From contig OX597815.1 of assembly GCA_951406725.2 (NCBI GenBank), positions 211,110,001 to 211,174,000 of the forward strand: DNA of 64,000 nt, given 5' to 3'. Positions 52,821-64,000 of this stretch are shown here, piece after piece. Each line of letters opens with the position of its first letter. Position 1 is the stretch's first letter. A program made the position numbers and the translations under genes. The notes below the pieces were generated by a model. The model was not told the origin of the DNA. It did not search any database and saw only the letters and a program-made list of their open reading frames with translations. Source of the stretch: Octopus vulgaris (Eukaryota).

Positions 52821-52888
52821 AAAATTTCGTTGCATCTTGCAACCTTTTCCAGACTATTGAAAAGGTTGCAAGACACAACGAAAATTTT
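52821..52888. repeat. 29-bp-arm hairpin formed by head-to-head hammerhead-like motifs
   Basis: AAAATTTCGTTGCATCTTGCAACCTTTTC-cagactatt-GAAAAGGTTGCAAGACACAACGAAAATTTT. Confidence 0.8.
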
Positions 52889-55216
52889 ATTTTATTTACT
52901 CAACCAGAAAGATAATGAATAAAGTCAATCTCTGTGAGATTTGAATTGACTGTAAAGCTCCATAACTAAATATTGCAATGCATATATTTCAATACGCTAA
53001 TGAAACTGCCGATATAGTTCTCTTTCTGTCCTAATGACTTTTAAAATTGACAGAAAGCTACAAGTTTTAAAGCTTGGAAGTCAATTAAAAAGACCCCCAC
53101 CAGCAGGACTGGAATTCAGAACATAAAATAAATATCGAAAGTATTGTGTAGGTATGGGGGCTCTGAAAGGGGTGTCAGAGAGTTGTGTCCCTGCGTTCCT
53201 GAACTAGTTTTCCACCACATTTCTTAAAAATCATGGTAGAGGCCTTGGTCTCACGACCACTCATGTTTAGAAATTGAAGTTGGGGATAAGCAAGGGCATG
53301 CTACCCATAGAAAATCTAGCTCCAAAAACGCCTCATGATAGCATAGGAGAATGGGCACCATCCAGCCCAAAGGTCGGGGTGGGCTGCACCTACCTTCCTT
53401 GGTTGCTATGGCATTGAGGTAGATTCGGCCACCCTCATTAACAGGGACAAAACCCAGATTTAAAACACTGGATGGTGATGACTTTACTGATTCTGTCAGC
53501 CAAGCATTAAAAGGCAGCAGCCAGTTGGCAGAATCAGAATATTGGGAAGATTGTTCAGGTTCTTTGCATCCTGAGTTCAAATCCTACTAAACTTAACTTC
53601 ATCTTCCATCATTTTGGGATTGACGAATAAATTATCAGTTCTGTTCGAGGTTGATTTGCATCTTTTCATGCTGGTGTGGGTTTTATTTATTATCATTATT
53701 AATTTTTTTGTTGTTTCTCTTTCTCACAAGATAAGATTTCCATATCAAAAAGATCCACTGCAGTGATGTGTGGAGATATTTTCATGTGTATCTATGTCAC
53801 TTTGTACTTGAAAAAAGGGTCGTGAAGGAGAGTAATAAAGAGGGAGTTAGGTTGGAAATTATCCTGAGTTGTGGGTTTTGGTCCTATTGTTAGTGTTGTT
53901 GTTGTTACTAGACATGTTTCTGGTGTTTGATATTGCTGCCATTATTGAAGACACTGCAGCAGCAGTAATTGTTTGTGTTGTTGGTACTGCTGCCATTGCT
54001 CATGTTCTCTTTGCTGCTGTGGTGTTGGCAGCAGCAGGGGCTTCCTCTTCCCTTTTTCTGTTTAGCGCAGAACGTTCTTATAGTTTTCTGCACCACAGAA
54101 GTGACATCTTGGCCTTCTACCCTCAACTACAACACATATTTCCAATCTATTGGGCAGGTCAATGAAGTCTGTTACTTTTCTCCACATCATCCAGTTTGAT
54201 TAGAAGGACATTTAATGTCAAGGAAGGTGTTGCTGCCTTTCAATACAACACAGGCTAACAGCCTCAAGATGGCTAGCCCTGGTAGAAATATTTTCATCTT
54301 AAGGCAAGAGGTCCGTCATCCTGAATATGTTGGGTAGAAGATACGCTCTCTATTGTGTTTGAGAGCTATGGAGTGCTTCAATATGAGGGTTTTTCTCTAG
54401 AAGAGAACCTCCATGCTCCCTAACTACCTTGTTTTAGTCACATGTTCAATATCTGCCCATATATCTTTGAAGGCTCATTCCACTTGGGTGTATGTTGCTA
54501 TTTTTAGGCATCAAATGTTTACCAATGCACAGTAATACAGCACCATTTTCCAGGCAGCTGTTGCCAAAATCTCATCTTAGCTTTCTTCCCTTTTCCTTTC
54601 ACAAGTTTTTCTACCTGATTAGGCATGATTCTTATAAGAATGAATGTGAAGTATTTTTATTCACTTTACCACATTCCCAGCAAAATACTTTCTACACATG
54701 GAATCACACCCACCACTTACCTTCTTGTCATTATTATTGTTGCTTTGCTACTGTCAATTTGTTGCTGCTGTTGTTATATACTGTTGCCATGTTGTTGTTG
54801 CTGCTACAGTTGCTGTTTTTGCTATAGTTATTGTTGTTAGTGTTGTGATTGCTGTTCCAATATTTGTCAGTTTTGCCATTTTCACTGCTTACATGTGGCA
54901 GTGAAGTTGGTCGTGTTTAACTTGAGGTAAGAGGTAAATCTGCCATTAATCAGTCTCTTAGTCAGAGAAATCATTTCCCCTCCCACCACTTCATATACTT
55001 TAGTGGGCGTGAATTTAGCATGGAAAAATTAAGCTATGATGAAATTATTGCTGTAAGTGAGGTGCTCTTAGGCCCTACATTTATTGCTCCACCCCATTTC
55101 ACAGAGTGAAGAAGGGATCTCCATTGAATGAAATATGAAAAAAAAATCAAACAAAACAAAGTATTTCCAACAAAATCAGCTAACCTTTTACAAGACAAAG
55201 ATAAGCACATCCAACA

Positions 55217-58200
55217 CATTATAATAAGAAGAATAAGCATAATAATAATACAAAGCATAATAAGAAGCATAACAATAGGAAGCATAATAAGCATAACAAT
55301 AAGAACCATAACAATAAGAAGCAAAACAATAAGTAGAAGGATAATGATAATAAGAAGCATAATAATAATAATAACTATAAGAAGCATAAGAAGCATAACA
55401 ATAAGGAGCATAATAAGGAGCATAACAATAAGTAGAAGGATAATGATAATAAGAAGCATAATAATAATAATAACTATAAGAAGCATAAGAAGCATAACAA
55501 TAAGGAACATAATAAGGAGCATAACAATAAGAAGCATAAAGATAAGAAAAAACATAAGTAGCATAAAAATAAGAAGCATAATAAGAATAACAATAAGAAG
55601 CATAACAATAAGAAGCATAATAATAACCATAAGAATAAGCATAATAATAATAAGAAGCATAATAAGAATAACAATAAGAAGCATAACAATCAGAAGTATA
55701 AGAGGAAGCATAAAAATAAGAAGCATAATAATAACCATAAGAATAAGCGTAATGATAATAAGAAGCATAATAATAAGCATAACAATAAGAAGCATAACAA
55801 TAAGAAAAAGCATAAGAAGCATAATAATAATAACCATAAGAAGCATAAAAATAACAAGCATAATAATAAGCACAATTAAAAGAATTATAATAAGCATAAT
55901 GATAAGTATAACAATAAGAAGCATACCAGTAAGAAGCATAACAATAATAAGATGCATAACAATAAGCAGCATAATAAGAAGCATAATAAGAAGCATAATA
56001 ACAAGAAGCATAACAATAAGAAGCATAATAATGAAAAGCATAAGAAGCATAACAATAAGAAGCATAAGTATAACAAGAAGGATAATAATAAGAATAAGAT
56101 GCATAATAAGAAGCATAATGATAATAAGCATAAGAAGCATAACAACAAGAAGATGCATAACAATAAGAAGCATAATAATAATAACCATAATAATAAGAAG
56201 CATAACAATTAGAAATATATTAATAAGAAGCATAACAATATGAATAAGCATAATAATAATAATAATAATAAGAAGCATAACAATAAGAAGCTTATTATTA
56301 TGCTTCTTATTGTTATGCTTCTTCTTATTATTGTCATGCTTCTTCTTATTGTTATGCTTATTGTTATGCATCTTCTTATTGTTATGCATCTTCTTATTGT
56401 TATGCATCTTCTTATTGTTATGCTTCTTCTTATTGTCATGCTTCTTATTACTAATATGCTTCTTCTTATTGTTATGCCACATCTTATTGTTATGCTTCTT
56501 GTTATTATGCTTCTTCTTATTGTTATGCTTCTTCTTATTGTTATGCTTCTTATTGTTATGCTTCTTCTTATTATTATGCTTCTTATTGTTATGCTTCTTA
56601 TTATTATGCTTCTTATTATATTTCTTATTGTCATGCTTCTTATTATTATGCTTCTTCTTATTGTTATGCTTCGTATTATTATTATGCTTCTTATTGTTAT
56701 GCATCTTCTTATTGTTATGCATCTTCTTATTGTTATGCTTCTTCTTATTGTCATGCTTCTTATTACTAATATGCTTCTTCTTATTGTTATGCCACATCTT
56801 ATTGTTATGCTTCTTATTATTATGCTTCTTCTTATTGTTATGCTTCGTATTATTATTATGCTTCTTATTGTTATGCTACTTCAGATTGTTATGCTTCTTA
56901 TTATTATACTTCTTATTAATATGCTTCTTATTATTGTTATGATTCTTCTTATTGTTATGCTACTTATTATGCTTATTATTATGCTTCTTCTTATTATTAT
57001 GCTTCTTCTTATTGTTATGCTTCTTCTTATTGTTATACTTCTTATTATTATGCTTCTTATTATTATGCTTCTTATTGTTATGCTACTTCAGATTGTTATG
57101 CTTCTTATTATTATACTTCTTATTAATATGCTTCTTATTATTGTTATGATTCTTCTTATTGTTATGCTTCTTATTATTATTATGGTTATTATTATTATGC
57201 TTCTTATTATTATTATGCTTCTTATTGTTATGCTACTTCAGATTGTTATGCTTCTTATTATTATACTTCTTATTAATATGCTTCTTATTATTGTTATGAT
57301 TCTTCTTATTGTTATGCTACTTCTTATTATGCTTATTATTATGCTTCTTCTTATTATTATGCTTCTTCTTATTGTTATGCTTCTTCTTATTGTTATACTT
57401 CTTATTATTATGCTTCTTATTATTATGCTTCTTCTTATTGTTATGCTTATTATTATTATGCTTCTTATTGTTATGCTACTTCAGATTGTTATGCTTCTTA
57501 TTATTATACTTCTTATTAATATGCTTCTTATTATTATGCTTCTTCTTATTGTTATGCATCTTATTATTATGCTTCTTATTATTATGCTTCTTATTGTTAT
57601 GCTTATTATTGTTATGCTTCTTGTTATTATGCTTCTTCTTAATAATATGCTTCTTATTGTTATAATTCTTCTTATTGTTATGCATCTTCTTGTTGTAATT
57701 CTTCTTGTTATGCTTCTTCTCATTGTGATGTTTCTTGTTGTTATGCTTCTGATTGTTATGCTTCTTATTATTAATATGCTTCTTCTTATTGTTATGCCAC
57801 ATCTAATTGTTATGCTTCTTCTTATTGTTATAATTCTTCTTATTGTTATGCTTCTTCTTGTTGTACTTCTTCTTGTTATGCTTCTTCTCAATGTGATGTT
57901 TCTTGTTGTTATGCTTCTGATTGTTATGCTTCTTATTATTATACTTATTAATATGCTTCTTCTTATTGTTATGCCACATCTTATTGTTATGCTTCTTCTT
58001 AGTTATGCTAATTGTTATGCATCTTCTCATTGTTATGCATCTACTTATTGTTATGCTTATTATTATGCTTCTTCTTAATAATATGCTTCTTATTGTTATA
58101 ATTCTTATTGTTATGATTCTAATTGTTATGCTTCTTCTTATTGTTATGCTTCTTATTATGTTTATTATTAAGCTTCTTCTTATTGTTATGCCACATCTTA

Positions 58201-61200
58201 TTGTTATGCTTCTTCATCGTTATGCTAATTGTTATGCTTCTTTTTATTGTTATAATTCTTCTTATTGTTATGCTTCTTCTTGTTGTACTTCTTCTTCTTG
58301 TTATGCTTCTTCTCAATGTGATGTTTCTTGTTGTTATGCTTCTGATTGTTATGCTTCTTATTATTAATATGCTTCTTCTTATTGTTATGCCACATCTTAT
58401 TGTTATGCTTCTTCTTAGTTATGCTAATTGTTATGCACCTTCTCATTGTTATGCATCTACTTATTGTTATGCTTCTTCTTGTTGTACTTCTTCTTCTTGT
58501 TATGCTTCTTCTCATTGTGATGTTTCTTGTTGTTATGCTTCTGATTGTTATGCTTCTTATTATTATGCTTCTTCTTAATAATATGCTTCTTATTGTTATA
58601 ATTCTTATTGTTATGATTCTAATTGTTATGCTTCTTCTTATTGTTATGCTTCTTATTATATTTATTATTATGCTTATTATTATGCTTCTTCTTAATGTTA
58701 TGCTTCTTATTATTAATATGCTTCTTCTTATTGTTATAATTCTTCTTATTGTTATGCATCTTCTTGTTGTACTTCTTGTTATGCTTCTTCTCATTGTGAT
58801 GTTTCTTGTTATTATGCTTCTGATTGTAATGCTTCTTATTATTAATATGCTTCTTCTTATTGGTATGCCACATCTTATTGTAATGCTTCTTCTTAGTTAT
58901 GCTAATTGTTATGCATCTTCTCATTGTTATGCATCTTCTAATTGTTATGCTTCTTCTTATTGTCATGCTTCTTATTATTTATATGCTTCTTATTGTTATG
59001 CCACAATTTATTATTATGCTTCTTCTTATTGTTATGCTTATTGTTATGCATCTTCTTATTGTTATGCTTTTTCTGATTGTTATGCTTCTTATTGTTATGC
59101 CACATCTTATTGTTATGCTTATTGTTATGCCTCTTCATATTGTTATGCCTCTTCTTATTGTTATGCATCTTCATATTGTTATGCCTCTTCTTATTGTCAT
59201 GCTTCTTATTATTAATATACTTCTTATTGTTATGCCACATTTTATTATGCTTCTTATTGTGATGCTTATTGTCATGTATCTTCTTCTTATGCATCTTCTT
59301 ATTGTTATGCTTCTTCTTATTGTCATGCTTCTTATTAATATGCCTCTTATTGTTATGCCACATCTTATTGTTATGCTTCTTCTTATTATGCTTCTTCCTA
59401 TTATGCTTCTTCTTATTATTAAGCTTATTATTGTTATGCTACTTCTTATTGTTATGCTTCTTATTATTATTATGCTTCTTATTGTTATGCTTATAAATAT
59501 TATGCTTCTTATTATTATTATGCTTCTTAATGTTATGCTTCTTCTTACTGTTATGCTTCTTCTTATGTTAAGCTTCGTATTATTGTTATGCTACTTCTTA
59601 TTCTTATGATTCTTATTATGCTTCTTATTATTATTATGCTTATTATGCTTCTTATTGTTATGCTACTTCTAATTATGTTTCTTATTACGCTTCATCTTAT
59701 TGTTATGCTTCTTATTATTATGCTTCTTCTTAATGTTATGCTTCTCCTTATTGTTATAATTCTTCTTATTGTTATGATTCTAATTGTTATGCTTCTTATT
59801 GTTATGCTTCTTATTATGTTTATTATTATTATTGTACTTCTTCTCATTGTTATGCATCTTCTTCTTGTTGTACTTCTTCTTCTTGTTATGCTTCTTATTG
59901 TGATGTTTCTTATTATTATTATGCTTCTTATTATGCTTATTATTATTATGCTTCTTCTTATTGTTATGATTCTTATTGTTATGCTTTTTGCTAGGCTCTA
60001 TTGTTATGATTCTAATTGTTATGCTTCTTTTTATTGTTATAATTCTTCTTATTGTTATGCTTCTTCTTGTTGTACTTCTTCTTCTTGTTATGCTTCTTCT
60101 CAATGTGATGTTTCTTGTTGTTATGCTTCTGATTGTTATGCTTCTTATTATTAATATGCTTCTTCTTATTGTTATGCCACATCTTATTGTTATGCTTCTT
60201 CTTAGTTATGCTAATTGTTATGCACCTTCTCATTGTTATGCATCTACTTATTGTTATGCTTCTTCTTGTTGTACTTCTTCTTCTTGTTATGCTTCTTCTC
60301 ATTGTGATGTTTCTTGTTGTTATGCTTCTGATTGTTATGCTTCTTGTTATTATGCTTCTTCTTAATAATATGCTTCTTATTGTTATAATTCTTATTGTTA
60401 TGATTCTAATTGTTATGCTTCTTCTTATTGTTATGCTTCTTATTATATTAATTATTATGCTTCTTATTATTATGCTTCTTCTTAATGTTATGCTTCTTAT
60501 TATTAATATGCTTCTTCTTATTGTTATAATTCTTCTTATTGTTATGCATCTTCTTGTTGTACTTCTTGTTATGCTTCTTCTCATTGTGATGTTTCTTGTT
60601 ATTATGCTTCTGATTGTAATGCTTCTTATTATTAATATGCTTCTTCTTATTGGTATGCCACATCTTATTGTAATGCTTCTTCTTAGTTATGCTAATTGTT
60701 ATGCATCTTCTCATTGTTATGCATCTTCTAATTGTTATGCTTCTTCTTATTGTCATGCTTCTTATTATTTATATGCTTCTTATTGTTATGCCACAATTTA
60801 TTATTATGCTTCTTCTTATTGTTATTCTTATTGTTATGCATCCTCTTATTGTTATGCTTGTTATTGTTATGCCACATCTTATTGTTATGCTTATTGTTAT
60901 GCCTCTTCTTATTGTTATGCATCTTCATATTGTTATGCCTCTTCTTATTGTCATGCTTCTTATTATTAATATGCTTCTTATTGTTATGCCACATTTTATT
61001 ATGCTTCTTATTGTGATGCTTATTGTCATGTATCTTCTTATTCTTATGCATCTTCTTATTGTTATGCTTCTTCTTATTGTCATGCTTCTTATTATTAATA
61101 TGCCTCTTATTGTTATGCCACATCTTATTGTTATGCTTCTTCTTGTTATTATGCTTCTTCCTATTATGCTTCTTATTATTATTAAGCTTATTATTGTTAT

Positions 61201-64000
61201 GCTACTTCTTATTGTTATGCTTCTTATTATTATTATGCTTCTTATTGTTATGCTTATAAATATTATGCTTCTTATTATTATTATGCTTCTTAATGTTATG
61301 CTTCTTCTTACTGTTATGCTTCTTCTTATGTTAAGCTTCGTATTATTGTTATGCTACTTCTTATTCTTATGATTCTTATTATGCTTCTTATTATTATTAT
61401 GCTTATTATGCTTCTTATTGTTATGCTACTTCTAATTATGTTTCTTATTACGCTTCATCTTATTGTTATGCTTCTTATTATTATGCTTCTTCTTAATGTT
61501 ATGCTTCTCCTTATTGTTATAATTCTTCTTATTGTTATGATTCTAATTCTTATGCTTCTTATTGTTATGCTTCTTATTATGTTTATTATTATTATTGTGC
61601 TTCTTCTCATTGTTATGCATCTTCTTGTTGTACTTCTTCTTCTTGTTATGCTTCTTATTGTGATGTTTCTTATTATTATTATGCTTCTTATTATGCTTAT
61701 TATTATTATGCTTCTTCTTATTGTTATGATTCTTATTGTTATGCTTTTTGCTATGCCCTATTGTTATGATTCTAATTGTTATGCTTCTTTTTATTGTTAT
61801 AATTCTTCTTATTGTTATGCTTCTTCTTGTACTTCTTCTTCTTGTTATGCTTCTTCTCAATGTGATGTTTCTTGTTGTTATGCTTCTGATTGTTATGCTT
61901 CTTATTATTAATATGCTTCTTCCTATTGTTATGCCACATCTTATTGTTATGCTTCTTCTTAGTTATGCTAATTGTTATGCACCTTCTCATTGTTATGCAT
62001 CTACTTATTGTTATGCTTCTTCTTGTTGTACTTCTTCTTCTTGTTATGCTTCTTCTCATTGTGATGTTTCTTGTTGTTATGCTTCTGATTGTTATGCTTC
62101 TTGTTATTATGCTTCTTAATAATATGCTTCTTATTGTTATAATTCTTATTGTTATGATTCTAATTGTTATGCTTCTTATTGTTATGCATCTTATTATATT
62201 TATTATTATGCTTCTTATTATTATGCTTCTTCTTAATGTTATGCTTCTTATTATTAATATGCTTCTTATTGTTATAATTCTTCTTATTGTTATGCATCTT
62301 CTTGTTGTACTTCTTGTTATGCTTCTTCTCATTGTGATGTTTCTTGTTATTATGCTTCTGATTGTAATGCTTCTTATTATTAATATGCTTCTTCTTATTG
62401 GTATGCCACATCTTATTGTAATGCTTCTTCTTAGTTATGCTAATTGTTATGCATCTTCTCATTGTTATGCATCTTCTAATTGTTATGCTTCTTCTTATTG
62501 TCATGCTTCTTATTATTTATATGCTTCTTATTGTTATGCCACAATTTATTATTATGCTTCTTCTTATTGTTATGCTTATTGTTATGCATCTTCTTATTGT
62601 TATGCTTTTTCTGATTGTTATGCTTCTTATTGTTATGCCACATCTTATTGTTATGCTTATTGTTATGCCTCTTCTTATTGTTATGCATCTTCATATTGTT
62701 ATGCCTCTTATTGTCATGCTTCTTATTATTAATATGCTTCTTATTGTTATGCCACATTTTATTATGCTTCTTATTGTGATGCTTGTTGTCATGTATCTTG
62801 TTATGCATCTTCTTATTGTTATGCTTCTTCTTATTGTCATGCTTCTTATTAATATGCCTCTTATTGTTATGCCACATCTTATTGTTATGCTTCTTCTTGT
62901 TATTATGCTTCTTCCTATTATGCTTCTTATTATTATTAAGCTTATTATTGTTATGCTGCTTCTTATTGTTATGCTTCTTATTATTATTATGCTTCTTATT
63001 GTTATGCTTATTAATATTATGCTTCTTATTATTATGCTTCTTATTATTATTAAGCTTATTATTGTTATGCTACTTCTTATTGTTATGCTACTTCTTATTC
63101 TTATGATTCTTATTATGCTTCTTATTATTATTATGCTTATTATGCTTCTTATTGTTATGCTACTTCTAATTATGTTTCTTATTACGCTTCATCTTATTGT
63201 TATGCTTCTTATTATTATGCTTCTTCTTAATGTTATGCTTCTCCTTATTGTTATAATTCTTCTTATTGTTATGATTCTAATTCTTATGCTTCTTATTGTT
63301 ATGCTTCTTATTATGTTTATTATTATTATTGTGCTTCTTCTCATTGTTATGCATCTTCTTGTTGTACTTCTTCTTCTTGTTATGCTTCTTATTGTGATGT
63401 TTCTTATTATTATTATGCTTCTTATTATGCTTATTATTATTATGCTTCTTCTTATTGTTATGATTCTTATTGTTATGCTTTTTGCTATGCCCTATTGTTA
63501 TGATTCTAATTGTTATGCTTCTTTTTATTGTTATAATTCTTCTTATTGTTATGCTTCTTCTTGTACTTCTTCTTCTTGTTATGCTTCTTCTCAATGTGAT
63601 GTTTCTTGTTGTTATGCTTCTGATTGTTATGCTTCTTATTATTAATATGCTTCTTCCTATTGTTATGCCACATCTTATTGTTATGCTTCTTCTTAGTTAT
63701 GCTAATTGTTATGCACCTTCTCATTGTTATGCATCTACTTATTGTTATGCTTCTTCTTGTTGTACTTCTTCTTCTTGTTATGCTTCTTCTCATTGTGATG
63801 TTTCTTGTTGTTATGCTTCTGATTGTTATGCTTCTTGTTATTATGCTTCTTAATAATATGCTTCTTATTGTTATAATTCTTATTGTTATGATTCTAATTG
63901 TTATGCTTCTTATTGTTATGCATCTTATTATATTTATTATTATGCTTCTTATTATTATGCTTCTTCTTAATGTTATGCTTCTTATTATTAATATGCTTCT
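55217..64000. repeat. Triplet-based complex satellite (TTA/TTC/TTG/TGC words) with polarity switch and ~1.75 kb higher-order repeat; runs off the window
   Basis: 55217-56290 reads AATAAGAAGCATAAC; 56291-64000 reads its reverse complement GTTATGCTTCTTATT. Rare markers recur at 58861/60651/62399 and 59981/61741/63475. Confidence 0.97.

Noticed and set aside
55034-63853. Very long ORFs (up to 612 aa) encoding I/L/V/M-, K/H/N- or C/Y/A/S-rich proteins resembling membrane, His-rich or keratin-associated proteins
   Set aside because: Open frames occur on both strands and several phases because the triplet words lack stops in those frames; frames shift within higher-order units; no unique domain or splice structure.

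Overview
Eukaryotic, AT-rich, repeat-saturated genomic DNA. The SINE/LINE repertoire and dense (TA)n/(CA)n tracts suggest an octopus (cephalopod) genome; this is an inference, not a database result. No intact protein-coding gene, rRNA, tRNA gene or CRISPR array is supportable. Content: dozens of tRNA-derived SINE copies in two main families; an RTE LINE split into two oppositely oriented, nearly contiguous halves (29.6-32.7 kb), with a 24-bp palindromic minisatellite at the outer breakpoint; CRE-, CR1- and RTE-type LINE ends; a frameshifted ORF1-like RRM/zinc-knuckle gene (8.2-9.0 kb); two Tc1/mariner relics; two non-autonomous Helitrons; hAT, mariner and foldback MITEs; an intronless eIF4G (MA3-end + W2) processed pseudogene joined to a SINE head (23.1-23.7 kb); and a >8.7 kb triplet-based satellite with a sharp strand switch at 56290 and a ~1.75 kb higher-order repeat. 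The most unusual signal is a dispersed set of short elements with hammerhead-ribozyme topology whose cores range from near-canonical to strongly divergent. Nearly all ORFs in the supplied track are repeat artefacts.
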